Shown: piece by piece, positions 1-9,971 of the stretch
How the letters are laid out: the number at the start of each line of letters is the position of its first letter
Position numbering within the stretch: position 1 is the stretch's first letter
Source of the DNA: an uncultured Hormoscilla sp.
Lineage (GTDB): Bacteria; Cyanobacteriota; Cyanobacteriia; Cyanobacteriales; Desertifilaceae
Direction of reading: 5' to 3'
Length of the DNA: 64,000 nt
NCBI GenBank assembly: GCA_963921275.4
Contig: OZ001293.3
Location: forward strand, 6,496,001-6,560,000
Translations under genes and position numbers: made by a program
Notes under the pieces: generated by a model
What the model was told of the DNA's origin: nothing
The model's input: only the letters and a program-made list of their open reading frames with translations
The model's database searches: none

Positions 1-301
1 TTCTGGGCATGTACATAATCGATCAGAATGGAAAATTTATGTACAGTAACCCCAAGCAGAGATTTTTGGCTATCCCTTTAGTTCACTTGCCCTCAAGTCA
101 ATTTTAGATTTTAACACAGCCGATCGCCGGGGAGAACTTGCCGATCAGATCGGTCTCTGTCTTGGGAGTCACGACCAAAATCTTTCGGGCCGCTTCCCAG
201 GAGAACGTAAAGACCGCAGTATAATTAATGTAGAAATTTATGGCACGACCACAAAATTTTACGGCAGACCTGCTACAATCGGCGTTCTCAAAGCGGTGTA
301 A
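1..301 (+). pseudogene. 3' part of a PAS-domain gene, frameshifted, cut by the window edge
   Basis: Manual translation gives LGMYIIDQNGKFMYSNPK and, in another frame, RKDRSIINVEIYGTTTKFYGRPATIGVL; both are PAS-like. Confidence 0.45.
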
Positions 302-944
302 CTTCGGCACGATACAGCAGTTTATCACCATGACGGTAGCCTGGAACAACTACCTTTACCAGATCCCCTGTTTCTGCCGTCCCCTCTGCTAGCTGGTGCC
401 ACTGGGGGTCGTAAGGCACTTCTGAACCAATAGGGGCGATCGACTCTACTCCCCATTGTTCCACCAACTGTTGGACAGGTCGTACTAGAGGCAGCAAATT
501 AACCGCTGGCAACTGGGGATTTTCCCTGGCTTTATCTTCCACGATCGGCCATTGTCGCAACCAAGATTCCAAAACAGCCAAACTCGACTGCTGAAATTCC
601 AGCATTAATTCTTGCCGTTGGGAAGTTAGCTGTGAAGCCAAGCGCTGATACTCTTGGCTGATTTCACTATTGGCATCGCCGACACCCGCAAAAGTTGCCA
701 GTAACTCAGTCACTGGCACTTCCAAGGTCTCAGACAGTTGGCAGAAAATTTCCCACCGTAGCCTGGATATTTCGCCTTTCCGCAGGCGTCGCAGCTGCTT
801 CTCAGGTACACCAGACTTGCGACTGAGGGCCTTAAAGCTAGATACTCCCACCCGCTGCATTAACTGCAAGAGCACTTGGTTATAGGTTGGTTCATTGTCC
901 TGGGGTGATGGTTCATTGTTGATTGTTGATTCTTCATTGTTCAT
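288..944 (-). CDS. XRE-type HTH fused to a GrpE-like C-terminal domain
   Basis: N-terminal HTH (SFKALSRKSGV...LRRLRKG); C-terminal YDPQWHQL...VVPGYRHGDKLLYRAEV resembles GrpE. Confidence 0.75.
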   Translation of the reverse strand: MNNEESTINNEPSPQDNEPTYNQVLLQLMQRVGVSSFKALSRKSGVPEKQLRRLRKGEISRLRWEIFCQLSETLEVPVTELLATFAGVGDANSEISQEYQRLASQLTSQRQELMLEFQQSSLAVLESWLRQWPIVEDKARENPQLPAVNLLPLVRPVQQLVEQWGVESIAPIGSEVPYDPQWHQLAEGTAETGDLVKVVVPGYRHGDKLLYRAEVTPL

Positions 945-1022
945 TGTTCATCGGATGATGTATGGCTCATGGAATGCCTTTCACCATGCATCATTAACTA
1001 TTAACAACTGAGGTAGGTTTAA

Positions 1023-1565
1023 TCAGACCTTGACTTTTTCGGGAGTAGCTGCTACGGACGCTCCTTGCAGATGGGCTTCTAAGAACCACAACCGCTTGTC
1101 AATGGTACGAGATATCTCAGTATAAAGGTCAGCAGTGTCCGCGTCACCGAAATCATCCGTAAGGCCGATCGCCTCCCGCAGGTGCTTAGCGTAGGGAGCA
1201 AAACGATCTGCTAAAGCTATCACATGGTCTTTCCCATCCAAGATATCCAAGGGATATTCCGGCAGTATCGACGAGCACGCCACTATCCGAGCCGTTCCCA
1301 TCGCCAGTCCGCCCAGAGCTGCGATCCGCTCGGCTACCATATCTATATACTCTTCCAGTTCACCAGCCATTTCATCAAACATTTCGTGTAGGTGATAGAA
1401 GTCCATTCCTTTGACATTCCAATGGGCTTGCTTGATCTGTGTCTTTAAGTCTAAAGTAGCTGCCAGGGTTTGATTGAGTATGGCGATCGTCCCCGATCTA
1501 GATTCTGCGGGGATATCAAGCCGCGTTGGATACAGACCTTGTTTGTTGTTGTTGTCACTCATCAT
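1023..1565 (-). CDS. dps: Dps DNA protection during starvation protein
   Basis: KQAHWNVKG, LHEMFDE and DMVAERI ferroxidase motifs; start placed at MMSD because the upstream extension abuts srxA. Confidence 0.93.
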   Translation of the reverse strand: MMSDNNNKQGLYPTRLDIPAESRSGTIAILNQTLAATLDLKTQIKQAHWNVKGMDFYHLHEMFDEMAGELEEYIDMVAERIAALGGLAMGTARIVACSSILPEYPLDILDGKDHVIALADRFAPYAKHLREAIGLTDDFGDADTADLYTEISRTIDKRLWFLEAHLQGASVAATPEKVKV

Positions 1566-1603
1566 CTCACTCGAGTTTCCAATTGTAACTTGATCTAGTA
1601 TTA

Positions 1604-1864
1604 TCACGCCAGATGCATCCGCCGTACCGAACGGGAGGCGCGGTGGACGCGACAGCGGATGGTTTCTTTGCCCAGACGCTAGTGGTCCTCATAGCGGTGA
1701 CAACCAGAAAAATTATAATACTCACCATCCACTTCTAACACATCAATTGGTTCTCGTAATCCTTCCGCTTGAATAGATGCCATCAAAGCTGCCACTTTCG
1801 CCTGATCCGTTTGTCTGGGCAGGGGGCGGCGTATCTGATTTGTGGGTATTTCTGCTATTCTCAT
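1604..1864 (-). pseudogene. srxA: Sulfiredoxin with one in-frame TAG (1679-1681)
   Basis: FSGCHRY motif; the frame continues past TAG as RLGKETIRCRVHRASRSVRRMHLA to TGA at 1604. Confidence 0.85.
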
Positions 1865-2063
1865 CCTTTGCTTCCTCCCTTCCTTTCTTAATCATAGTCG
1901 TTATGACTTCGATTTTGTGAGAATTTGTCAACAGACCATGACTTATGGGGTAAGGCCCAGAACCAACTTACGGAAAACCTGTCATAACGGAAATAAATCT
2001 CCTCATAGAGCCTTCCGGTTAATCAATGGGGAATAAAGTTATCTTGACTAGCAGTGCTCTTGG

Positions 2064-3770
2064 ATGAAAGAACAGATGCACAAACATAAAAGTGGTCGCT
2101 TCAGTGATATTTGTCTATCAAGGAAAAAATTTGTCTTGAAATTAGCAGGTACGATGCTGATATCATTTGGCTGGGTGTCAATGGCAGGGTCTCCCTCCTG
2201 GGGACAAAGTGCTCTTGTGGATATCGAACTTCAGATCGGAGTGGTGCAGCGGTTTGGGAGTAAAGCAAATGACAGCTTAACGGTAAAAGCGACTTCAGGG
2301 GAGAAGCTAGCGTTACGCTATCAGACAATAGAAGGAGAAGCGATCGTCCATACCGAAAGCGTCAAGCTACAGGTAGGGATGCGTCCCTTACCAGAACCAA
2401 TACTACAGGAACGGGTGGTGTTAAGCAGCCATCGCAGCTTCGAGAGCGCCGAACAAAGTGCTCGTCAGTGGCGTGCCAGGGGAATTGAGACGGAGATTGC
2501 TCATCCTGATAGGTGGCAGGTGTGGGCAAAACGCTCGGTTTATCACACTCCCTTACTACGACGCCTGCTGCTGAAAAGTCTGAAAGCGAATGGCGACGAC
2601 ACCTCTTACCTGGAAACGAAAGTCCTGCGCCAGTTTCCCCAAGCATTTTGGATCCTGGATGGCTACCACTACAACCGGCACCAGCTGGATATTATCAGTG
2701 GCAAAGATTTAATTCAGGTAAGTAGAGAACTCGACGGACAGTCCACCAAGCACCTTTACGGGGGCAGTCTGCGACTCCAGCTGAACGCTTACGGGTCCTA
2801 TACTTTAGTCAATAAAGTGCCTCTAGAGACCTATCTACGAGGCGTTGTTCCTCACGAAATTGGAGCCGAAGCACCAGAGGCAGCCCTGAAAGCCCAGGCA
2901 ATTTTGGCCAGAACTTATGTCCTGCGGAATTTACGGAGATTTGCCATCGATGACTATCAACTTTGTGCCACTCCTGAATGCCAGGTGTATAAGGGATTGG
3001 CCCAAACATATCGGGCTGTAGACAAGGCGATCGCCGCCACCAAGGGTCTGGTGCTAACCTACAACAACGAGCTAGTTGACGCTCTGTATTCTTCTACCAC
3101 CGGCGGCATTACAGCCCCTTACAGCGACCTGTGGGATGGACTGGAGCGACCTTATCTAACAGCGGTGGTGGATTCTGTGGGCAATGTGTGGGATTTGGAC
3201 AACAAAAGCTTGGCATCGGAAAGCAACTTCCGCAGCTTCATCAACCTGAAGAAGGGATTTAACGAAGAGGACTGGGATTGGTTTCGCTGGCGGTACGAAA
3301 CTAGCTTGTCAGATATGACCGAGTTTCTCCAGAAATATCTCAAGGGGCGCAAGCATCCCCAGGCTGGCTTTCAGAAGATTCACTGGGTAAAGGTAGTAGA
3401 GCGATCGCCCGCTGGCAGAGTGCTGAAAATGGAGGTGCAAACGGATAAGGGCAGAATAGAAATTGAAAAGGATCAGATTCGCAATGCCTTTTGGGCTCCC
3501 ATCAGCACCCTATTTTACATCGAGCCTCTTTACAGAGACGATCGCACCCTGAGGGGTTATGCCTTTGTCGGCGGTGGCTTTGGACATGGAGTGGGCATGT
3601 CTCAAGCTGGATCCCATAGATTGGGTAAGCTGGGTTGGTCAAGTGAGCGTATTCTCGGCTTCTACTTTCCCGGTACCCATATCCAGCAGATCCACGAAGA
3701 GATTATCTTTTGGCAGCATCCCCCATCAACCAATGCTTCAGCATCCTCTGAACTGGCATGGCTTGTCTAA
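2064..3770 (+). CDS. SpoIID/LytB-domain protein (amidase enhancer family)
   Basis: VNKVPLETYLRGVVPHE, ALKAQAILARTY, CQVY and GGGFGHGVGMSQ motifs. Confidence 0.9.
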   Translation: MKEQMHKHKSGRFSDICLSRKKFVLKLAGTMLISFGWVSMAGSPSWGQSALVDIELQIGVVQRFGSKANDSLTVKATSGEKLALRYQTIEGEAIVHTESVKLQVGMRPLPEPILQERVVLSSHRSFESAEQSARQWRARGIETEIAHPDRWQVWAKRSVYHTPLLRRLLLKSLKANGDDTSYLETKVLRQFPQAFWILDGYHYNRHQLDIISGKDLIQVSRELDGQSTKHLYGGSLRLQLNAYGSYTLVNKVPLETYLRGVVPHEIGAEAPEAALKAQAILARTYVLRNLRRFAIDDYQLCATPECQVYKGLAQTYRAVDKAIAATKGLVLTYNNELVDALYSSTTGGITAPYSDLWDGLERPYLTAVVDSVGNVWDLDNKSLASESNFRSFINLKKGFNEEDWDWFRWRYETSLSDMTEFLQKYLKGRKHPQAGFQKIHWVKVVERSPAGRVLKMEVQTDKGRIEIEKDQIRNAFWAPISTLFYIEPLYRDDRTLRGYAFVGGGFGHGVGMSQAGSHRLGKLGWSSERILGFYFPGTHIQQIHEEIIFWQHPPSTNASASSELAWLV

Positions 3771-3787
3771 CTTGTATCAGAGGAATC

Positions 3788-3823
3788 TTGTTAGTGGTTA
3801 TCTTTGTAAACAACCACTAACAA
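3788..3823. terminator. 12-bp inverted repeat between convergent genes
   Basis: TTGTTAGTGGTT-12 nt-AACCACTAACAA. Confidence 0.55.
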
Positions 3824-3830
3824 CTGCTCC

Positions 3831-3867
3831 CTCCCACTCCCTCCCACTCCCTCCCACTCCCTCCCAC
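3831..3867. repeat. 10-bp tandem repeat CTCCCACTCC, about 3.7 copies
   Basis: Directly visible. Confidence 0.9.
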
Positions 3868-3884
3868 CAGCGCTATCGCTAGTT

Positions 3885-4184
3885 TTAGTACAGCTCTTCT
3901 TCTTTATGGGTTTCGATCGTGCAGTCTGAAGTCGCGTAAGCCACGCAAGTCAGGACATACCCGTTGGCTGTCTGATCGTCATCCAGGAAGAACTGATCGG
4001 ACTGATCGATTGAGCCCTCTATAAGTTTGCCAGCACAGGTCGAGCAAGCACCGGCGCGGCAGGGGTAGGGGAGTTCAAGTCCCTGATCCTCAGCCTTATC
4101 CAGAATGTACTTATCATCGGGAACCTCAATCGTCTGGTCTAGACCTTCATCCTTGTCGATCAGTCTTACCTTGTAAGTTGCCAT
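3885..4184 (-). CDS. petF: Plant-type [2Fe-2S] ferredoxin
   Basis: CRAGACSTC...C motif; MATYKV start and ETHKEEELY end. Confidence 0.92.
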   Translation of the reverse strand: MATYKVRLIDKDEGLDQTIEVPDDKYILDKAEDQGLELPYPCRAGACSTCAGKLIEGSIDQSDQFFLDDDQTANGYVLTCVAYATSDCTIETHKEEELY

Positions 4185-4234
4185 ATCGCATTCCTCTCAA
4201 ACATTCTTTCACTAGGTTCATAATATTTACTTAT

Positions 4235-5167
4235 GGTCGGGGTCGAGCTGGGAATCACTTCCCAACCCTCCAAGAGCGAAACCGGACTTGCGACTTTCAC
4301 CGCTGGGGCTTGTCCTTAGGCATATCATCATCAATAATTAGGTCACCCCGTTTCCCCTTACCCTCTGTAATTTTACCCCTTATGGTCAATCCTATTGGAC
4401 CGTTAATGATTTCAGCTCCGGAAGGTTCGCGGAGGGTAGTTCAGCAAACCGGTCTAACCGCTCTTTACTAACATTTCCCCATTCCTGATTTATCGGGGCT
4501 CTGAACTTTACCCGGCTGAGACTCTAGTCCATATTCATACTTTTGGATTTCTCCTAAGTTTTGCGACATATTAGGGCTACTTTCACCAAAGGCTTCTTAC
4601 CATATCCGTCCGACGTCAGCTTATCCACGGGCATTACCCCGGGCATTTGCTTCTTAGGACATCCTTCCCCTCGTGGCTTGCGCTATGCGCTCCGCGCACG
4701 CTACGCGCACGTACATCTAACTGGTTCGGCCCCGTTGAGCCAAACAGCACACGAGAGGTTACTTCGTTCCCTGGTATCATTTCCCGATGCTTTTAGGCCC
4801 CTGCTATACCCCGGGAGCTATTCGAGTGCGATGCTAGTAAGCAAATACTACCAACACTAACTACCATTTCCCTTTTGGGCCAGCGTATAAGCCTTATTCC
4901 GCTGGTTCTTATTAACGAGGCTTTCACAGGTTCGCTTGTTCTAACCATGAGCATCTTTCCTAGCGGTGTCACTGGCTTAGGCTGCCAGCTACCCTACATT
5001 TAAGTCCTAGCGGAGCACCACGACGATGTCACTCCGCAGCACTAAGGACCGGCGTTACCCCCACACCTGGGGAGAGAGAATTTAACCCCCATGATATCCA
5101 GAGTTATCTGGCAGATGGAACCAGTCAGACTTTCACCGTTACCGGTTTACGCCTGAACGAATCGCAC
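4235..5167 (-). mobile_element. ORF-less group II intron A (about 933 nt) upstream of petF; domain V degenerate
   Basis: Minus strand starts GTGCGATTCGTT and ends with DV-like AGCCCCAGCGGTGAAAGTCGCAAGTCCGGTT and DVI ...CTCGACCCCGACC; no RT ORF; colinear with introns B and C. Confidence 0.88.
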
Positions 5168-5392
5168 ATGAACTATTAAGTCTTATCAGCTTAACAGTTT
5201 GTAACTCGGTTAGCTCCATCTCTGATATTACGGGAAAATTTCGGGCTTGTTACAGTTTTTTACAGAGCTATTGAATATAATTTATTATAAGTTCTGCTTA
5301 TTATATCCTGATTGCTTATATCTGTTTGCGATGAGCAGGACATGATAAGAGTAAAGGTTGTGGTTGAGGTTGTGTTACCGCCGGTGAATAAC

Positions 5393-6418
5393 ATGCATGG
5401 GACCGTGACTCTCAGAGTTGGGATAGTTGGGACTGGTTATGCTGCCAAGATGCGGGCGCAAACCTTGCAAGCCGATCCACGCTCAGATTTGGTTACTGTT
5501 GCCGGTCACTCTCTGGAGAAAACCCAGGAATTCGCTCTTAACTATGGGGCTGAGGCGTTAAGCAACTGGCAGGATCTGGTAAATCGTTCCGATTTGGATC
5601 TAGCGTGCGTCTGTACAGTGAATCGAGATCATGGTGTCATAACTCGTGCGGCACTCAACAGCGGTAAGCATGTGGTGGTAGAATATCCCCTTTGCTTAGA
5701 TGCAACCGAAGCTGAAGAACTGATCGCTTTGGCTGCTGCTGGTGGTAAGCTGCTGCATGTGGAGCATATTGAACTTCTCGGTGGCTTGCATCAGGCTTTT
5801 AAGCAGTCATTACCGGCAATTGGTGACCCCTTTTATCTTCGCTACGCCACGATCGTCCCTAAAAGACCGGTGTCCCCTGGGATCGCTACTCGCACTACCC
5901 AGAGGACACCGCCAGCTCATTCGGGCTGGAAATATAACCGAAAGCTGTTCGGTTTTCCCCTGACTGCTGCTCTCTCCCGTCTGCACCGACTTACGGATGC
6001 CTTGGGTACAGTCGCTACCGTCAGCTGTCAAGTCCGATATTGGCCAGTAAAAGAAGATGACTATAGCGCTTGTCTATGTACTGCGCAGTTGCGGTTTGCT
6101 AATGGGGCGATCGCCGACGTGCTCTATGGTAAAGGAGAAACCTTCTGGCAGGCTGAACGGAAACTAGAAGTTCATGGAGACCAAGGAACGCTGATCTTCG
6201 ATGGCGGCGATCGGGGTTTTCTGGTGCGAGGAGAGGAAACGACACCCATAGAAGTTGCCAGTCGCCAGGGTCTATTTGCTAAAGATACTGGCATGGTGTT
6301 AGATCATTTAATCGCAGGAACGCCATTATACTTGTTTCCGGAGGCTAGTTTATACAGTCTGAAAATTGCCAATGCCGCTCAGCTCTCAGCCGCTACAGGA
6401 CAGATTGTCAATTGTTAA
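5393..6418 (+). CDS. bvdR: Biliverdin reductase (Gfo/Idh/MocA family)
   Basis: RVGIVGTGYAA, GKHVVVEYP, LLHVEHIELLGG and FGFPL.AALSR match cyanobacterial BvdR as recalled; start uncertain (5312-5393). Confidence 0.85.
   Translation: MHGTVTLRVGIVGTGYAAKMRAQTLQADPRSDLVTVAGHSLEKTQEFALNYGAEALSNWQDLVNRSDLDLACVCTVNRDHGVITRAALNSGKHVVVEYPLCLDATEAEELIALAAAGGKLLHVEHIELLGGLHQAFKQSLPAIGDPFYLRYATIVPKRPVSPGIATRTTQRTPPAHSGWKYNRKLFGFPLTAALSRLHRLTDALGTVATVSCQVRYWPVKEDDYSACLCTAQLRFANGAIADVLYGKGETFWQAERKLEVHGDQGTLIFDGGDRGFLVRGEETTPIEVASRQGLFAKDTGMVLDHLIAGTPLYLFPEASLYSLKIANAAQLSAATGQIVNC
5868..5911 (+). repeat. 44-bp hairpin element inside bvdR (copy 1)
   Basis: CGGTGTCCCCTGGG-ATCGCTACTCGCACTA-CCCAGAGGACACCG; related copy at 36869-36912. 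Confidence 0.8.
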
Positions 6419-6473
6419 TTGTTAATTGAGCAATTGCCCCAATAAAACTTTACCTATTACTAATAACTGATAT

Positions 6474-6494
6474 GGTGGGCAATGCCCACCCTAC
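6474..6494. repeat. REP-like palindrome GGTGGGCAATGCCCACCCTAC
   Basis: Related copies near 9192-9242 (three in tandem), 36574, 36624, 38399 and 59898. Confidence 0.75.
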
Positions 6495-6504
6495 TAACTG
6501 ACAA

Positions 6505-7767
6505 TTATCGTCCTAATTTATTAGGAATTCCTTGACAGCCTCCAGGAATAGTAGCGAGCGATCGCTCGCCGCACCAGGCACAACAATAGTAACGCTGTTC
6601 TTCAGATAACCCTTTGACACCAGTGAAGTCAGCTTTTTCCACTACAGCGCCAGTATATTCGCCAGTGGAGTAGTTAGGAGGGTGATTTTGATCCCGGGGG
6701 GTGGCTGTTTCCGGCGAGCCGTAGAATAAACGGGTTCCCCTGAGGTCAGCACCTATGAGATCCGCCTCGTACAATACAGTGCGAGAGAGATTAGCCTTGA
6801 CCAAATCGCAGTGTTCCAGATTGGTTCTGACTAGATAAGCTTCGCTCAAATCTGTCCAGCGCAAGTCGGTTCCCGCTAGGTTTGTCCCCGCCAGAATCAC
6901 CCCTAAATCTATCACCCGGACGCCGTTGGTCCGATCTTCCTGATAACCGCCCTTACCATCAAAGATAGGGCGTCCCAAATGGTAATCTCGTCTCAGGGGA
7001 GTGAGGAGATTGGACTGGGACAAAAACCGCAAGACTTTGGCTTTGCCCTGGGCGTCTACGCTGCTGAGAATGGCAGCGGTGCGGCCTTCTGCGAAGGCTC
7101 TTTCTTGAGGCCAATCTTCTAGCATCCCTTCATCATCTAATGCTAGATCCGAGACACCTTGGAAATAAGCGTCAATTGTTTGCTGCTGAGTGATGATGTT
7201 TTGCTGAATTGTTAAGTCTCTGGAAATGACGTATTGACGCCAAGAGATATAAACTGCTAGGATGGCGATCATGATTTGCCCCAAGGCCCCTACCCAATCT
7301 GCCCATGAGCCAAATTCATCCCATTTAGTCTGGTTGAGCCAATGGCCAATGCGTTGGTAAACACCGATAAATTTGAATAACCCTCCTAGGGCTGCTGAAA
7401 AGCCAATTAATCCTAACAGTTGGGTACCCTGTTGTGGCGATAAATCTCCTAGCAAGTATTGTATAAAAGGCCAAATCAGCCGCAATGACACTAGCAGGGC
7501 AACAAGGGTTCCCGATATGCCAATCCAAAAGCTATTGGTGATTATTCCTACGAACATAACGGCGATCGCCACCACTGTCACCCAGCTAGCTGATGGGTTG
7601 GCTTCTGTCTGGCTAGCGATAGTCCCTCTAGTGGTTTGATGTTCCGAAGGCAGTGTAGACAGGTGCTGTTCTGCGTGGCTTGGCCGTGGTCGCCTCAGGG
7701 CCCTAATGTTATATTTTTCTTCCTCTATGGGAGAGATGGGGGACATTTTATTTGACTCTAGGTTCAT
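6505..7767 (-). CDS. Membrane protein with pentapeptide repeats
   Basis: Several hydrophobic segments, then A(D/N)LxxTDL-type pentapeptide repeats. Confidence 0.88.
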   Translation of the reverse strand: MNLESNKMSPISPIEEEKYNIRALRRPRPSHAEQHLSTLPSEHQTTRGTIASQTEANPSASWVTVVAIAVMFVGIITNSFWIGISGTLVALLVSLRLIWPFIQYLLGDLSPQQGTQLLGLIGFSAALGGLFKFIGVYQRIGHWLNQTKWDEFGSWADWVGALGQIMIAILAVYISWRQYVISRDLTIQQNIITQQQTIDAYFQGVSDLALDDEGMLEDWPQERAFAEGRTAAILSSVDAQGKAKVLRFLSQSNLLTPLRRDYHLGRPIFDGKGGYQEDRTNGVRVIDLGVILAGTNLAGTDLRWTDLSEAYLVRTNLEHCDLVKANLSRTVLYEADLIGADLRGTRLFYGSPETATPRDQNHPPNYSTGEYTGAVVEKADFTGVKGLSEEQRYYCCAWCGERSLATIPGGCQGIPNKLGR

Positions 7768-8023
7768 TCTGTGTTATAATGATTATATCTCAATGCAATC
7801 AAATTGTAGCTAAACCTGTATAGTGACAGCAATTTACTAGCTCAGGACAATTATAGTCAGCGAGCAGTGGGTATTAGGCCCAAGTTGTCAGTGATTTAAA
7901 CCAGGTGTAGAGGCGACTATAGTCACCAGCGTTTACAGTCACCAGAGTTTAAGGATATAATAGTCATTGCTGCTACAAGATAAATGATAAAATTTGGGAT
8001 AAAAGACTCTGAGAGTAGGAAAG

Positions 8024-9099
8024 ATGGAGACAGCTAAACAAGACACAATCAAGATTGTTGATGATAATCAGACTAATATCAAAATACTGTTCAGTATTTT
8101 GAAGGAGTTCGGGTTTAAGGTATTAGTGGCTAAAGATGGCGAAAGTGCGCTGTCTAAGCTGGAAGAAGTATTGCCATATCTCATCTTGTTGGATGTGCAG
8201 ACGCCGGGTATAGATGGGTTTGAAACCTGCCGCCGCTTGAAAAATTATGCCAGAACAAAAGATATCCCTGTGATTTTTATGACGGCTCTTTCTGACACGC
8301 AGGATAAAGTCAAAGGGTTGACCCTAGGGGTAGTTGATTATATCACCAAACCCTTTCAACATCAAGAAGTTTTAGCGGGGATCAATATCCACCTGCGGAT
8401 GCGGAATTTGACTAAGCAACTCCAGGAACAAAATGTACTTCTGCAAAATTAACGTCGGAGTTAGAAGAACGGGTATCTTCAAGAACGGCTGAACTTAGGG
8501 AATCTTTGGAAAAACTCCAGCAGGCTCAAATCCAACTGGTTCAAAGTGAAAAAATGTCGTCTCTTGGTGAATTGGTGGCAGGTGTGGCTCATGAAATTAA
8601 TAATCCGGTTAGCTTCATTGCTGGTAATGTGAGCTTGGCGTCGGAATATACTGAGCAGATTTTCGAGCACTTGCAACTATATCAGGAGAAATTTTCCGAT
8701 CCGGGAGCATAAATTGAACAGCATGCGGAAGATATTGATATATCTTACTTGCTGGAAGATTTGCCGAAAATGCTGACTTCAATGAACGTAGGAGTCGATC
8801 GCATCCGCCAGATCAGCGTGTCTTTGCGGAGTTTTTCTCGCATGGATAACACCTCCAAGACACAGGTTAATATTCATGAAGGGTTAGATAGTACGCTGAT
8901 GATTTTACAGCATCGCATCAAGGCTAACGATCATCGTCCCGATATTGAGGTGATTAAAGAATATGGCGATTTGCCTCTGGTGAATTGCTATCCCAGTCCT
9001 TTGAATCAGGTGTTTATGAATTTGCTAGCTAATGCTATTGATGCTTTGGATGAAGATAATCTGAACGGGGACTGGCTTGGGTTTGTCTATTTGTCATGA
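8024..9099 (+). pseudogene. Hybrid response regulator / histidine kinase, broken
   Basis: Receiver domain (IVDD, DVQTPGIDGFE, DYITKPF); frameshift near 8450; H-box AHEINNP; in-frame TAA at 8710; N-box QVFMNLLANAIDA, then truncated. Confidence 0.9.
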
Positions 9100-9314
9100 T
9101 ATAATAAAGAAAAAGCATGGGGGATCGCTGCTATGTAATTCAAAAATTGGTGAAGGGACTGAGTTTGTCATCAGGATTCCTCAATAGCAAGTGGTGGGCG
9201 GTGCCCGTAGTGGGCGATGCCCGTGGTGGGCGATGCCCTACGGACATATATGTGTCCTAAAGGTGCGATCGCCCGAATCATTCATGCTAAAATAGCTTAT
9301 ATAAGAGGAGAGCA

Positions 9315-9533
9315 ATGGACATCGAATACACAATACAAATCTGGAAAGAAGACTCGCAATTTGTGGCCCACGCTATGCCAATAGATTTGATGAGTTCAGG
9401 TGAAACACCTGCAGCGGCAAGAATAGCCTTAAATGAGGCGGCTAATCTCTTTATAGCTGTTGCTACAGATATGGGCGGGAATAAATTCTCCCAGAAACTG
9501 GCTATTTGTTGGCTAATAAGTAATAAAATTTAA
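9315..9533 (+). pseudogene. HicB-like antitoxin fragment
   Basis: YTIQIWKED.QFVAH...SSGETP.AAR.AL.EA is a HicB-like fold start; no hicA partner; C-terminus looks frameshifted. Confidence 0.6.
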
Positions 9534-9632
9534 CAATTAACATAGTTAAGGCGATCGCCCTATCCCACCAGCTGCACCGATGGTGATATGAGAGCGATCG
9601 CTCTATTGTCGTTTCTTAAGCGCAACTGTCAA

Positions 9633-9752
9633 CTAGAAAATACCAAGAAGGATGAAGAAGCTCAGCCCACACAAACCTAGGAAGGCGACAATCAGAATGT
9701 CGGCGATGCTGTGATCTTCTCGTGTTGTTGCTTTGGGTGTATTTTGAGCCAT
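9633..9752 (-). CDS. 39-aa single-transmembrane small protein (below the ORF-track cut-off)
   Basis: AGGAGA Shine-Dalgarno 6 nt upstream of ATG; MAQNTPKATTREDHSIADILIVAFLGLCGLSFFILLGIF. Confidence 0.55.
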   Translation of the reverse strand: MAQNTPKATTREDHSIADILIVAFLGLCGLSFFILLGIF

Positions 9753-9971
9753 AGTTGTTCTCCTGCTTTAACTATGCTTCGATTCTAGAATGTCCTTGGT
9801 GTTGATTGGTCAGCTTTATTAGAGTTCTTGATAAATCTTCATCTGGCTTAAAACAACTTAGTTTTTATTCATCATTTACATATATTAAATATCTCGGCTC
9901 TGGGGGTATATTTAAGAATATTTTAACATTAGTTCGTTGTTGCGCCTGCACGCAACAACGAACCGGATTTC

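Noticed and set aside
4178..4860. ORFs inside intron A as an intron-encoded protein
   Set aside because: They are antisense to the intron and have no RT motifs
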